A stretch of DNA of 64,000 bases from an uncultured cyanobacterium. GTDB lineage: Bacteria; Cyanobacteriota; Cyanobacteriia; Cyanobacteriales; CAWUOF01. Numbering within the stretch: position 1 is the first letter of the stretch; every line of letters begins with the position of its first letter. The translations under genes were made by a program, and so were the position numbers. This document shows positions 20,993 through 31,433 of this stretch, one piece after another. The stretch lies in contig CAVUSO010000001.1 of assembly GCA_963744145.1 (NCBI GenBank), forward strand, positions 6,144,001 through 6,208,000, read 5' to 3'. Under the pieces are notes generated by a model, which saw nothing but the letters and a program-made list of their open reading frames with translations, made no database searches and was not told the origin of the DNA.

Positions 20993-23900
20993 ATGTCAAA
21001 ATTTCTAGCTAAACTCGTTTCCAAACCATCCACCTCAATCACCCGTCAAACCTTACTGAAAATGGTAGGGAGGATCGCTCTGGTCATCTTGGGGTCTAGT
21101 ATCCTCAGCTATCTACATTTAATGTCAATCCTAGAAACCCAAACTATCCAACAGCTAGAGAAATATATTACAGAAAGAGGACAACGAGAAAGTAACATCT
21201 TTACTTTGGCTGAAGATAACCATGCGGTCCTAGATCGGGAATTAAAACGAAAGCTAGATGAACTAAGCGATCGCGATCCAGAAGCAGAATTTAACCAACT
21301 ATTGAGAAAATCGCCAGATGGTGTAATTCGCAATCAGCCAGAAAATTTTGATCGTAGTCGTCAACCTGGAGTATATATAGGTAAAAACGTCAAGCTTAAC
21401 CCAGAAATTCGTCGTCTGGTTCTTACCTTGTACCATCTGGTCATGTCTTATGGCCCAGCTTGGCATACTCGCTTTCAGAATACTTACATCAACGCACCAG
21501 AAAATATCGCTGTCATGTACTGGCCCGAAGTTCCTTGGGCAGAGAATGCGGCAGCTGATTTAGATCTACCCAAGGAAGAATCCTATTGGCTCACCGACCA
21601 AAACCATAACCCGACCCGGAAAACGATTTGCACCGGAATCTACTATGACAAAGTAGCTAGAAACTGGATGGTTTCTTGCGAAACTCCTGTGGATCAAGAT
21701 GGTAAACAAATTGCCACGATCGGACATGACCTAGTTTTAAACGAATTACTAGAACGAACGATCAAAGATTGTCTACCTGGAACTTATAATCTGATTTTTC
21801 GAGCAGATGGTCGTTTAATTGCTCATCCTGACAAAATGGATGAAATCAAAAACAAACAAGGCAAATTAGAAATTCTTCAGTCCGGAGATGCCCATCTAGA
21901 ACGAATTTTTACATTAGTTACAAACATTAAACCTGAGCAGGTAGTAGTTGAAAATACCCAAGATAAAGAATATCTAGCCGTTATTAAACTCGCTGGTTTA
22001 GAATGGTTTTTTGTGACGGTTTTTCCCAAGTCAATTTTAGCGGAGATGGCTTTTAATAATGCTAGATTTGTACTGATTATCGGCGGAATTTCCTTGCTAG
22101 TTGAAATCGGGGTTCTCTTATTTGTAATCCGGCAAAATGTAGCTATTCCTCTGCACAAATTAATGGTGGCTACCGAACAAATTGCCATGGGTGATTTTAA
22201 TATTCATTTAGATACCAAGCGTCAGGATGAAATAGGAAGATTAGCACATTCATTTAATTCCATGGCTGCGGAAGTATATGCACGGGAAGTTGGTCTGAAA
22301 AAAGCTCAAGAATCTCTCCAAAAGATGGATAAACTTAAAGATGAATTTTTAGCCAATACATCCCATGAACTGCGTACACCATTAAATGGAATTATTGGTA
22401 TTGCTGAATCTTTGATCGAAGGTGCGACTGGAAAATTGTCAGCAGTGACTATTTCTAATCTAGTCACGATCGCGACCAGTGGTCGTCGATTAGCCAATTT
22501 AGTTAATGATATTCTGGATTTTTCTAAACTTAGACATCAAACTATTGAACTCCAACTGAGTCCAGTAGCAGTTAGAGAAATTGCCGAAGTGGTGATGACT
22601 CTGATTAAACCTTTAGCCGCTCAAAAAAATTTACAATTAATCAACAATATTCCCATCAATTTACCACCCGTTAGTGCTGATGAAAATCGCTTACAGCAAA
22701 TTTTTTATAATTTGATTGGTAATGCCATCAAATTTACTGATCTAGGTAGTGTCAGAATAGAAGCTAAATTAATTAGTAGTTGTGAAGATGGAGAAATTCA
22801 GCCAAGTGAAAAAAATATTGAAAATGGTAGCGTAGCGACGGAAATTGCGATTCAAAACCTGAAATCTAAAATTGAAATCTCAGTCTATGATACAGGGATT
22901 GGTATTCCAGCAGATAAACTAGATCGGATTTTTGAATCTTTTGAACAAGCTGATGGTTCCACAGCCAGAATTTATGGTGGGACTGGATTAGGATTGGCAA
23001 TTACTAAAAAGTTAATCCAATTACATGGTGGAGAAATTTGGGTTGAATCGATCCTTGAGCAAGGTTCACGATTTATCTTTACCCTACCGATTAGTTATGG
23101 TACGGAGATTGACCATATCACCAGTTCCAATTTTAAGAATCATATTTCTGCATCACCGATTTTGAGTTCTGTTTTTTTTCGGGAAGATTGGGAAAGAACT
23201 ATAGAGCATCAAACTGAAAAAATCAGTAGTGATGCCATAGTTTTGGCAGATTTACATCAACAATTAATCAGTGATTCTGGCTCTGCTTATAAAATTTTAA
23301 TTGTGGATGATGAACCGATCAATCGTCAAGTTTTAGTTAATCATTTGTCTTTGTATAACTATGAAATTATTCAGGCTGCTTCCGGACCTGAAGCATTGGA
23401 TATTATAGAACAAGGGTTAAAACCTGACTTAATTTTATTAGATGTAATGATGTCCCGGATGACCGGTTATGAAGTTACCAGGAAAATTCGAGAAAATTGG
23501 AAAGCAAATGAGTTACCGATCGTCTTGCTAACTGCTAAAAATCAGGTAATGGATTTAGTGGTTGGTTTAGAAGCAGGAGCCAATGATTATTTAACTAAGC
23601 CGATCGCTAAAGATGAACTGTTAGCCCGAATTAAAACTCACTGTACTCAAGCAGCAATTTTCTTAGAAAATACTCGTCTTTATTTAGAATTACAAGCATC
23701 AGAAACTCGTGAAAAAGAGCGTGCTTTAGAATTAGAGCAATCTTTACAAAATCTTCAGCAGATGCAAATTCAACTGGTGCAGAGTGAAAAAATGGCAGGG
23801 ATTGGTCAATTGGTAGCTGGGGTAGCTCATGAAATTAATAATCCCCTTGGTTTTATTGTGGGTAATCTAAATCATGCTTCAGCTTGCATTCAGGATTTAA

Positions 23901-24598
23901 TTTATCTTTTAATGCTTTATCAGCAATATTATCCCCAACCTGCATCAGAAATTGCTGAACAAATAGAAATGATTGATTTACCTTATTTGATTCAAGATTT
24001 ACCTCAATTAATTTCTTCATTAAAGGTCGGAACAGATCGGATTCGAGAAATTAGTTTAGCCCTCAGAACTTTCTGTCGTTCTGATATTTCAAGTAAAGTA
24101 AACTTTGATTTGCATGAAGGAATTGATAGTACATTGATGATTTTAAGACACCGACTTAAATCTAATCAAAAACGTCCGGAAATTGTGATTATTAAAGATT
24201 ATGGAAAACTTCCTTTAGTTAATTGCTATCCTGGTCAGCTTAATCAGGTGTTTATGAATCTTTTGGCTAATGCGATCGATGCTTTAGATGAAGCTTGTGT
24301 AGATTTGTCTTATCAAGAGATTGAAGCTAACCCCAAACAAATTACTATTTGCACCCATATGTCTGGGGAAGAACAGTGGGTAACAATCAGGATTAAAGAT
24401 AATGGTTTAGGAATGAATGAAGAAGTTCAACAAAAGATTTTTGAGCATTTATTTACTACTAAATCTGTGGGACATGGAACGGGATTAGGTTTGTCAATTA
24501 GTCGTCAGATTGTGATTGAAAAACATGGTGGTAAATTGAGTTGTATTTCCTCCCTAGGAGCAGGTTCTGAATTTATCATCGAAATTCCTTTAACTTAA
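20993..24598 (+). CDS. Hybrid sensor kinase: TM-Cache-TM-HAMP-HisKA-HATPase-REC-HisKA-HATPase
   Basis: SHELRTPL, GTGLGL, IVDDE, LLDVMM, then a second AHEINNPL and GTGLGL. Confidence 0.9.
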   Translation: MSKFLAKLVSKPSTSITRQTLLKMVGRIALVILGSSILSYLHLMSILETQTIQQLEKYITERGQRESNIFTLAEDNHAVLDRELKRKLDELSDRDPEAEFNQLLRKSPDGVIRNQPENFDRSRQPGVYIGKNVKLNPEIRRLVLTLYHLVMSYGPAWHTRFQNTYINAPENIAVMYWPEVPWAENAAADLDLPKEESYWLTDQNHNPTRKTICTGIYYDKVARNWMVSCETPVDQDGKQIATIGHDLVLNELLERTIKDCLPGTYNLIFRADGRLIAHPDKMDEIKNKQGKLEILQSGDAHLERIFTLVTNIKPEQVVVENTQDKEYLAVIKLAGLEWFFVTVFPKSILAEMAFNNARFVLIIGGISLLVEIGVLLFVIRQNVAIPLHKLMVATEQIAMGDFNIHLDTKRQDEIGRLAHSFNSMAAEVYAREVGLKKAQESLQKMDKLKDEFLANTSHELRTPLNGIIGIAESLIEGATGKLSAVTISNLVTIATSGRRLANLVNDILDFSKLRHQTIELQLSPVAVREIAEVVMTLIKPLAAQKNLQLINNIPINLPPVSADENRLQQIFYNLIGNAIKFTDLGSVRIEAKLISSCEDGEIQPSEKNIENGSVATEIAIQNLKSKIEISVYDTGIGIPADKLDRIFESFEQADGSTARIYGGTGLGLAITKKLIQLHGGEIWVESILEQGSRFIFTLPISYGTEIDHITSSNFKNHISASPILSSVFFREDWERTIEHQTEKISSDAIVLADLHQQLISDSGSAYKILIVDDEPINRQVLVNHLSLYNYEIIQAASGPEALDIIEQGLKPDLILLDVMMSRMTGYEVTRKIRENWKANELPIVLLTAKNQVMDLVVGLEAGANDYLTKPIAKDELLARIKTHCTQAAIFLENTRLYLELQASETREKERALELEQSLQNLQQMQIQLVQSEKMAGIGQLVAGVAHEINNPLGFIVGNLNHASACIQDLIYLLMLYQQYYPQPASEIAEQIEMIDLPYLIQDLPQLISSLKVGTDRIREISLALRTFCRSDISSKVNFDLHEGIDSTLMILRHRLKSNQKRPEIVIIKDYGKLPLVNCYPGQLNQVFMNLLANAIDALDEACVDLSYQEIEANPKQITICTHMSGEEQWVTIRIKDNGLGMNEEVQQKIFEHLFTTKSVGHGTGLGLSISRQIVIEKHGGKLSCISSLGAGSEFIIEIPLT

Positions 24599-24621
24599 GT
24601 CAATTCTCAGACCCAAAAAAA

Positions 24622-24657
24622 AGCTGAGACGCTAATTGAAATAATTAAGCCTCAGCT
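24622..24657. terminator. Hairpin between convergent genes
   Basis: AGCTGAG…TAATT-GAAAT-AATTA…CTCAGCT, preceded by an A-tract. Confidence 0.55.
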
Positions 24658-24701
24658 ATAACCACAGTATTAACCTAGTCAACTCTTACAAATTGTTGAG
24701 G

Positions 24702-26294
24702 TTAAGCTTGACATTTATGACCATATTGAAGATGATCAAATTCCACACCCATACGAACTACGGGAACGAAAACTTTAATGGCAGATATCCCACCATTGTA
24801 GTGAACACCGAAGAAACGATCTTCCGGAGTTTCACTCATAGTGGAATAATCACCACCGATGACAAAAGGTCCTTGAGCGCCTAGACTTTTGCCATTAGCA
24901 TCAAAAGCCTCAAAAGTTAAACGACCACTGCCAAAACTTGGATCTGACGCATCAATATCAGTCCAAACAATTGCCGCATCAGTGGGATAATCGCCTAGAC
25001 TTTTATCAAATGTAAATGTGATATCTCCCTTGGATAAAACTAAGCGATCGGGAGCTCGACCTCGACCATCAATTGGACCGTCATCTTCATCAACCACATC
25101 AAAGTATGTACTGTCTGTATACTTGCCAGTTTCATTAGGACTAGAAGCAATAACTCCAGGAGTATTCAGAGCAAAATTGGCATCTTTAAAGTCTTCTAAA
25201 TAAAACCAATCAGAATTAGTTTTTAAATCTTTAAAGGGACTATCACCTGCAAAACTCCGGTAAGGAATATTTACCAAAAATTTGGCACTACTCGTACCAA
25301 TACAAGCGATTGGTTTTGGAGCTGGTGGTACAGGAGCGGGTTTATTAGCGACAGTTGAAAACTTAATCGTTTGGCAGCCAGAGTTATCATCAAATTTTCC
25401 ATCATTGAGAATAAATGAGACTGAATCACCTGGTTGCAGTTCAAACTCTTGGTTTTTCCCGGTTTTGATGAATTTTCTAACTCCGTTAGCGTCTTTGATT
25501 TCTCCGACTAAGGTGCCTAGTCTGATCTCAGGATAGCGAGCACCTGTACCGGCGATAACACTTCCATCAGCATCAAATGACTTATCATAAGGACTTGGTG
25601 AATTTGCTGGAGCAACTCGCCATTGTCCTTCTGCGTTAATTTTGACTTGAACAGGATAGCTTAAGGTGTTGCTAAAGCTAGGTAAATTTTTGGATTCATT
25701 TGCTAATACAGTTAATTGACCATTTTGAGTATCAGCATTAATGGAAATAGGAGTAGCACTGCTAGCAGCACATGCTAGGGGCTGAGGATTGGGTTTATTA
25801 GCCACACTGGAGAACTTAATTATTTGCGAGCCAGAGTTATCCGCAAAGTAAGGAAGTCCATCATTGAAAATAAATGAGACTGAATCGCCTGGTTGCAATT
25901 CAAATTCTTGGTTTTTCCCGCTTTTGATGAATTTTTTAGCCCCTTTGGCATCTGTGATTTGCCCGACTAAGGTGCCTAGTTTTAAATCAGGATAGAGCCA
26001 AGCTGAATAGGGTACGTTATTACCTGCATCAGCATCGACTAAATCACTATTTGCTTCACCTGGTTTAGCCGCTCGCCATTGTCCCTCAGCGCTAATTTTG
26101 ACTTTAACGGGATAGCTTAAGGTATTGGTAAAGCCAGGTAAATCTTTGGATTCCGTTGCTAATACAGTTAACTGACCATTTTGAGCATCAGCATTAATGG
26201 GAGTAAGTGCTGCTAATGCTGGTGCTGGCAGAAAAATTACTGCGATCGCCACAATTGCACTCAGCAAACTAGACCACAACAAGTTTAATCTCAT
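24702..26294 (-). CDS. Secreted protein with two tandem LecA/PA-IL-like domains and a C-terminal domain
   Basis: Signal peptide (…APALA); duplicated roughly 130-aa repeat with GTLVG and ND…DNSG motifs; ATG at 26294 preferred. Confidence 0.7.
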   Translation of the reverse strand: MRLNLLWSSLLSAIVAIAVIFLPAPALAALTPINADAQNGQLTVLATESKDLPGFTNTLSYPVKVKISAEGQWRAAKPGEANSDLVDADAGNNVPYSAWLYPDLKLGTLVGQITDAKGAKKFIKSGKNQEFELQPGDSVSFIFNDGLPYFADNSGSQIIKFSSVANKPNPQPLACAASSATPISINADTQNGQLTVLANESKNLPSFSNTLSYPVQVKINAEGQWRVAPANSPSPYDKSFDADGSVIAGTGARYPEIRLGTLVGEIKDANGVRKFIKTGKNQEFELQPGDSVSFILNDGKFDDNSGCQTIKFSTVANKPAPVPPAPKPIACIGTSSAKFLVNIPYRSFAGDSPFKDLKTNSDWFYLEDFKDANFALNTPGVIASSPNETGKYTDSTYFDVVDEDDGPIDGRGRAPDRLVLSKGDITFTFDKSLGDYPTDAAIVWTDIDASDPSFGSGRLTFEAFDANGKSLGAQGPFVIGGDYSTMSETPEDRFFGVHYNGGISAIKVFVPVVRMGVEFDHLQYGHKCQA

Positions 26295-26595
26295 GTTAAC
26301 CAAAGTCAGATAAATGTGTGTACTTGAGACCAGCACAATTCCCATATTTATTATTAGTAATAAATACTGGAGAATGAGCTTTTGTCTCATTCAAACTCAA
26401 TTTAGCCGACCTGATTGTACCCTATTTTTTCATTTAAAATATGTGAAACTATTGTCATCTGTTTTTTTTAATAAATCGTTATAAATAATTTTGCTAGATA
26501 GTTCTTCCTTATCAAGAATCATCATATCAAAGAAAATTAGAAAAGTCAAGTAGCGAGGAAAAAATTCTGCCGATCGGATCTATCCAAAAAACAAT

Positions 26596-27864
26596 TCAAT
26601 TAACATCGACCTGAAAATCTGCTCCAGAAGTAAGAGTATAGTAGTGACCGATTAAATATAAAGAACCACATAAAACAACTAAACTGGGGTTAGTTTGAAA
26701 AGCTGCTGTTAAAGCATTAACAAGAGTAGGATAAGTTTGCACCGTAGTTAATTCCGGGCAAATATTTTGGGCAAGAATCGCTAATTCTTCAGGATTAGCT
26801 GTAGGGGAATCAGGAACAGGTACTAAATAAAGATGATCCTGTGGTCTTAATAAAGCACGGAAAATCTCACTATGGTCTTTAGTCACTAACATTCCAATTA
26901 ACCAGGTAATTGGTGGAGTATTTAAAGTATCAACATATTGACGTAATACTTGTGCTGCACCAGGATTATGTGCCCCATCAATTAATAAACGCTGATTGCC
27001 CCATTGCTGCCATTGTAAGCGTCCGGGCCATTTAGTTTTGGTCATCCCTTGAGCGATCGCCTGATCAGAAATCAACCAACTTTGTTCTCGGAGAATTTGA
27101 CAAGCAGCGATCGCTAATGCAGAGTTAGCGAGTTGAAAATCTCCTAACAAAGGTAAATAATACTTAATCCCTTGATATTCTGCCCAACCATCACCTAAAT
27201 TGACAGCAGGAGAGGGAAAAATTGCTGGACAAGATAAGGTGTTAATTTTAGTTTCGATCACGGATTGTGCTGCGGGAGGTAAGATCCCAATTACTGCTGG
27301 ACAATGAGGCTTAAGAATCCCAGCTTTTTCGGCAGCAATTTCTGCTAAAGTAGATCCTAAAACTTGCCAATGGTCACGACTAATCGAAGTAATAATACTC
27401 ACCAAGGAGCGATCGCAGACATTAGTAGCATCTAAACGTCCACCTAATCCTACTTCAATCACAGCAAGATCTACTTGTTGGTGAGCAAAATGGAGCCAAC
27501 TAGCAGCAGTCAGCACTTCAAATTGAGTTGGGGATTGGGAATAGGATTTAGTTAGAGAGTTAATTTCTAAGAGTAGATCTACTAATGCTGAAGAGGAAAT
27601 AGGTTGTTCATTAATACAGATTCGTTCATTCCAATTAACTAAATGGGGAGAGGTATAACGTCCCACACGATAACCAGCTTCAGTTAACACCGAGGAAAGA
27701 TAAGCACAGACAGAACCTTTACCATTCGTACCGGCTACATGAATAATGGGGATATGGTGATGAGGGTTGTCTAAATCAGCTAAAAGCTTTTGAATTCGGG
27801 TTAAATCGAGATGATCTCCCAAATGTCCGTAGGGTTTGAGGAGAACATCGATGTCGTTGGTCAT
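26596..27864 (-). CDS. folC: Folylpolyglutamate synthase / dihydrofolate synthase
   Basis: HVAGTNGKGS, TSPHL, EVGLGGRLDATN, WPGR, DGAHN and GSLYL motifs. Confidence 0.96.
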   Translation of the reverse strand: MTNDIDVLLKPYGHLGDHLDLTRIQKLLADLDNPHHHIPIIHVAGTNGKGSVCAYLSSVLTEAGYRVGRYTSPHLVNWNERICINEQPISSSALVDLLLEINSLTKSYSQSPTQFEVLTAASWLHFAHQQVDLAVIEVGLGGRLDATNVCDRSLVSIITSISRDHWQVLGSTLAEIAAEKAGILKPHCPAVIGILPPAAQSVIETKINTLSCPAIFPSPAVNLGDGWAEYQGIKYYLPLLGDFQLANSALAIAACQILREQSWLISDQAIAQGMTKTKWPGRLQWQQWGNQRLLIDGAHNPGAAQVLRQYVDTLNTPPITWLIGMLVTKDHSEIFRALLRPQDHLYLVPVPDSPTANPEELAILAQNICPELTTVQTYPTLVNALTAAFQTNPSLVVLCGSLYLIGHYYTLTSGADFQVDVN

Positions 27865-27917
27865 AGTTGTAAAAAACAATAGCGATCACTCAAAAAATAT
27901 TTACAATAATTAATAAA

Positions 27918-27951
27918 ACCGATTGTCTATCTAAACTGAGAGACAATCGGT
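27918..27951 (-). terminator. Hairpin downstream of psbY
   Basis: 11-bp stem ACCGATTGTCT/AGACAATCGGT followed by a T-run on the minus strand. Confidence 0.65.
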
Positions 27952-27977
27952 AATTGCATTCAGAAGCTAAATGAAAA

Positions 27978-28103
27978 TCAGGCTTGTTTATTCAAAAAGC
28001 TTTGCAGTTGCTTAAGTGCGATCACACCAATATTCTTTATAGCCCAACCTCCAGCAAGAATTAGCGGAAGTAGAACGATTAAAATGCGCCAATCAAAGTC
28101 CAT
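27978..28103 (-). CDS. psbY: Photosystem II protein PsbY
   Basis: MDFDWRILIVLLPLILAGGWAIKNIG…ALKQLQ; purine-rich RBS (GAGGGG) upstream of the ATG at 28103. Confidence 0.9.
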   Translation of the reverse strand: MDFDWRILIVLLPLILAGGWAIKNIGVIALKQLQSFLNKQA

Positions 28104-28191
28104 ATTTCCCCTCTTAAAGATGTTTAAAGACTGCTCATTTTTATTGTGCGACAAATTGGTTAAATTTAGACAGTGATTAGGATAATTAAAA

Positions 28192-28733
28192 CTAATCTGT
28201 AATTTCTGTCCCTTTTCCCGCATGAGCTAACGCTAGCTGTTGATAATGATGGGCATGATGGAGTAAATCCTCTGCTTCTTCAGGGGAAACAGCTCGTAAA
28301 AACTTAGCAGGTACTCCGACAACGAGCGATCGGGGGGAACATCTTTAGTGACTACCGAGCCAGCGCCAATAATACTCCCCGATCCAACCCGGACTCCATC
28401 CAAAACGATCGCACCAATCCCAATTAAACTACCCCGTTCAATATGAGCGGAGTGGATCACTGCTCGATGACCAACAGTGACATAATCTTCTAAAACAGTT
28501 GGTTTACCAGGATCACCATGTAAAATTGCACCATCTTGAATATTAGTAAACTCACCAACCACAATCCGCTCTACATCTCCACGCAGAACAGCACCATACC
28601 AAATACTTACCCCAACTGCGAGGGTAACTTGACCAACAACTGTAGCATTGGGAGCCACAAAAGCAGCTAAGGAGAGATCAACGGGTAACCAAGATGACCC
28701 AGGATGAAAAGCATCACTCAGAACATGAATCAC
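28192..28733 (-). CDS. Gamma carbonic anhydrase family (hexapeptide repeat) protein, frameshifted in a G6 run
   Basis: WYGAVLRGD, NIQDGAILH and TVGH; adding one base at 28332-28337 restores PPRSLVVGVPAK…HYQQLALAH to a stop at 28192. Confidence 0.85.
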
Positions 28734-28922
28734 AATAATTACTTAGTTTAAATAGAAGTAATGGAACCCAGGATTGACCTGCTTAATTCGGGATCATACC
28801 AAAAAAGTAATTCTTTTTCCACCCAATAGTCAAAAAATCAGAAATAATCGAAATGATATATAAATCTAGGTGTATGGTGAATTAGTTTACTCGTAGGGTG
28901 TTAATTTTATGGATGATTAAGC

Positions 28923-29624
28923 TTAAGAAAGATCGGGATCAATTCCCAGCGATCGCAATTGTGCCGCCAATTTTTCGACTCGATGGTTCGCTTCGATCCG
29001 AGCTAATTCTTCTATCTGTAAAGCTTCCTCCTGGGTTTTATATCGATCGCCTTTTTCATCATACCAATATAACCACTCTCTTCTGATTCCTTCATAACTA
29101 CCAATCTCTACCCCAATTCCTAAGCCAATTTCTGACATCCAGACCCGGTTTCCTGGGATTAATTTATATTCACCTGCGCTCAAATGGTACACCATTAACT
29201 GCGGCTGACGACGGCGGAATGGTGCATAAATCACGTAATACAATACTCCTTGTTTTTCATACTCAATTTTCTTGCGTTTATATTCACCCCCTGGTTTTTT
29301 CGATACTACTTCGATCATCAATTGGGGTACTACTCCATTTTCTTCCCAATTCACATAGCTTAAACGTAGATTTTCTCCCTTAATTCTTGGAACTCCTAAA
29401 CTTAAGAACCCATCGGGTGCTAAACAGGGTTTTTTTGGATCAAAATGCCAAGCCATATCAATTCCAAAAAACCAATCCTGCCGATCGCGCCAAATATAAC
29501 TCAGTATAGATTTTAACAGATGACAAACTAAATCTTGTAATTCACTATCCACGGGTTGATCGTCAGAATATGGTAATTCTGCTGCGGTTGGGAGCTTTTT
29601 TTCTAGCTGGTTGTAAGTTAGCAT
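28923..29624 (-). CDS. Uma2-family PD-(D/E)XK endonuclease, 233 aa (0 extra units)
   Basis: LPTAAELPYSDDQPVDSE, APDGFL, IEVVS and LRSLGIDP motifs. Confidence 0.9.
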   Translation of the reverse strand: MLTYNQLEKKLPTAAELPYSDDQPVDSELQDLVCHLLKSILSYIWRDRQDWFFGIDMAWHFDPKKPCLAPDGFLSLGVPRIKGENLRLSYVNWEENGVVPQLMIEVVSKKPGGEYKRKKIEYEKQGVLYYVIYAPFRRRQPQLMVYHLSAGEYKLIPGNRVWMSEIGLGIGVEIGSYEGIRREWLYWYDEKGDRYKTQEEALQIEELARIEANHRVEKLAAQLRSLGIDPDLS

Positions 29625-29702
29625 AGTTAGATATTATTCTGAGCAGAAACTAACTTTTCTATCCTGATCATACCATAAATAGTCAAAAGTTTATAATTAA
29701 GT

Positions 29703-30530
29703 TTAAGAAGGATCAGGCTCAATTCCCAGCGATCGCAATTGTGCCGCCAATTTCTCGGCTCGATGGTTCGCTTCTATCTGGGCTAATTCTGCTAGCTGTG
29801 CTTGTTGTTGAGCTTCCCTCTGGGCTAATTCTGCTAGCTGTGCTTGTTGTTGAGCTTCCCTCCGTGCTAATTCTGCTTGTTGTGCTTGTTGTTGAGCTTC
29901 CCTCCGTGCTAATTCTTCTAGCTGTAACGCTTCTTCCTGGGTTTTATATCGATCGCCTTTTTCATCATACCAATATAACCACTCTCTCCTGATTCCTTCA
30001 TAACTACCAATCTCTACCCCAATTCCTAAGCCAATTTCTGACATCCAGACCCGGTTTCCTGGGATTAATTTATATTCACCTGCGCTCAAATGGTACACCA
30101 TTAACTGCGGCTGACGACGGCGGAATGGTGCATAAATCACATAATACAATACTCCTTGTTTTTCATACTCAATTTTCTTGCGTTTATATTCACCCCCTGG
30201 TTTTTTCGATACTACTTCGATCGTCAATTGGGGTACTACTCCGTTTTCTTCCCAATTCACATAGCTTAAACGTAGATTTTCTCCCTTAATTCTTGGAACT
30301 CCTAAACTTAAGAACCCATCGGGCGCTAAACAGGGTTTTTTTGGATCAAAATGCCAAGCCATATCAATTCCAAAAAACCAATCTTGCCGATCGCGCCAAA
30401 TATAACTCAGTATAGATTTTAACAGATGACAAACTAAATCTTGTAATTCACTATCCACGGGTTGATCGTCAGAATATGGTAATTCTGCTGCGGTTGGGAG
30501 CTTTTTTTCTAGCTGGTTGTAAGTTAGCAT
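29703..30530 (-). CDS. Uma2-family endonuclease, 275 aa (3 extra 14-aa units)
   Basis: Same core as the other copies plus ELARREAQQQAQQA-type repeats. Confidence 0.9.
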   Translation of the reverse strand: MLTYNQLEKKLPTAAELPYSDDQPVDSELQDLVCHLLKSILSYIWRDRQDWFFGIDMAWHFDPKKPCLAPDGFLSLGVPRIKGENLRLSYVNWEENGVVPQLTIEVVSKKPGGEYKRKKIEYEKQGVLYYVIYAPFRRRQPQLMVYHLSAGEYKLIPGNRVWMSEIGLGIGVEIGSYEGIRREWLYWYDEKGDRYKTQEEALQLEELARREAQQQAQQAELARREAQQQAQLAELAQREAQQQAQLAELAQIEANHRAEKLAAQLRSLGIEPDPS

Positions 30531-30611
30531 AGTTAGATATTATTCTGAGCAGAAACTAACTTTTTTTCTATCCTGATTATACCATAAATAGTCAAAAGTT
30601 TATAATTAAGT

Positions 30612-31355
30612 TTAAGAAGGATCAGGCTCAATTCCCAGCGATCGCAATTGTGCTGCCAATTTTTCGGCTCGATGGTTCGCTTCTAGCTGGGCTAATTTTG
30701 CTAACTGTGCTTGTTGTTGAGCTTCCATCCGGGCTAATTCTTCTAGCTGTAACGCTTCTTCCTGAGTTCTATATCGATCGCCTTTTTCATCATACCAATA
30801 TAACCACTCTCTTCTAATTCCTTCATAACTACCAATCTCTACCCCAATTCCTAAGCCAATTTCTGACATCCAGACCCGATTTCCTGGGATTAATTTATAT
30901 TCACCTGCGCTCAAATGGTACACCATTAACTGCGGTTGACGACGACGGAATGGTGCATAAATCACGTAATACAATACTCCTTGTTTCTCATATTCAATTT
31001 TCTTGCGTTTATATTCACCCCCTGGTTTTTTCGATACTACTTCGATCGTCAATTGGGGTACTACTCCGTTTTCTTCCCAATTCACATAGCTTAAACGTAG
31101 ATTTTCCCCCTTAATTCTGGGGACTCCTAAGCTTAAGAACCCATCGGGCGCTAAACAGGGTTTTTTTGGATCAAAATGCCAAGCCATATCAATTCCAAAA
31201 AACCAATCTTGCCGATCGCGCCAAATATAACTTAGTATAGATTTTAACAGATGACAAACTAAATCTTGTAATTCACTATCCACGGGTTGATCGTCAGAAT
31301 ATGGTAATTCTGCTGCGGTTGGGAGCTTTTTTTCTAGCTGGTTGTAAGTTAGCAT
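30612..31355 (-). CDS. Uma2-family endonuclease, 247 aa (1 extra unit)
   Basis: Same core plus one repeat unit. Confidence 0.9.
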   Translation of the reverse strand: MLTYNQLEKKLPTAAELPYSDDQPVDSELQDLVCHLLKSILSYIWRDRQDWFFGIDMAWHFDPKKPCLAPDGFLSLGVPRIKGENLRLSYVNWEENGVVPQLTIEVVSKKPGGEYKRKKIEYEKQGVLYYVIYAPFRRRQPQLMVYHLSAGEYKLIPGNRVWMSEIGLGIGVEIGSYEGIRREWLYWYDEKGDRYRTQEEALQLEELARMEAQQQAQLAKLAQLEANHRAEKLAAQLRSLGIEPDPS

Positions 31356-31433
31356 AGTTAGATATTATTATGAGCAGAAACTAACTTTTCTATCCTGATC
31401 ATACCATAAATAGTCAAAAGTTTATAATTAAGT

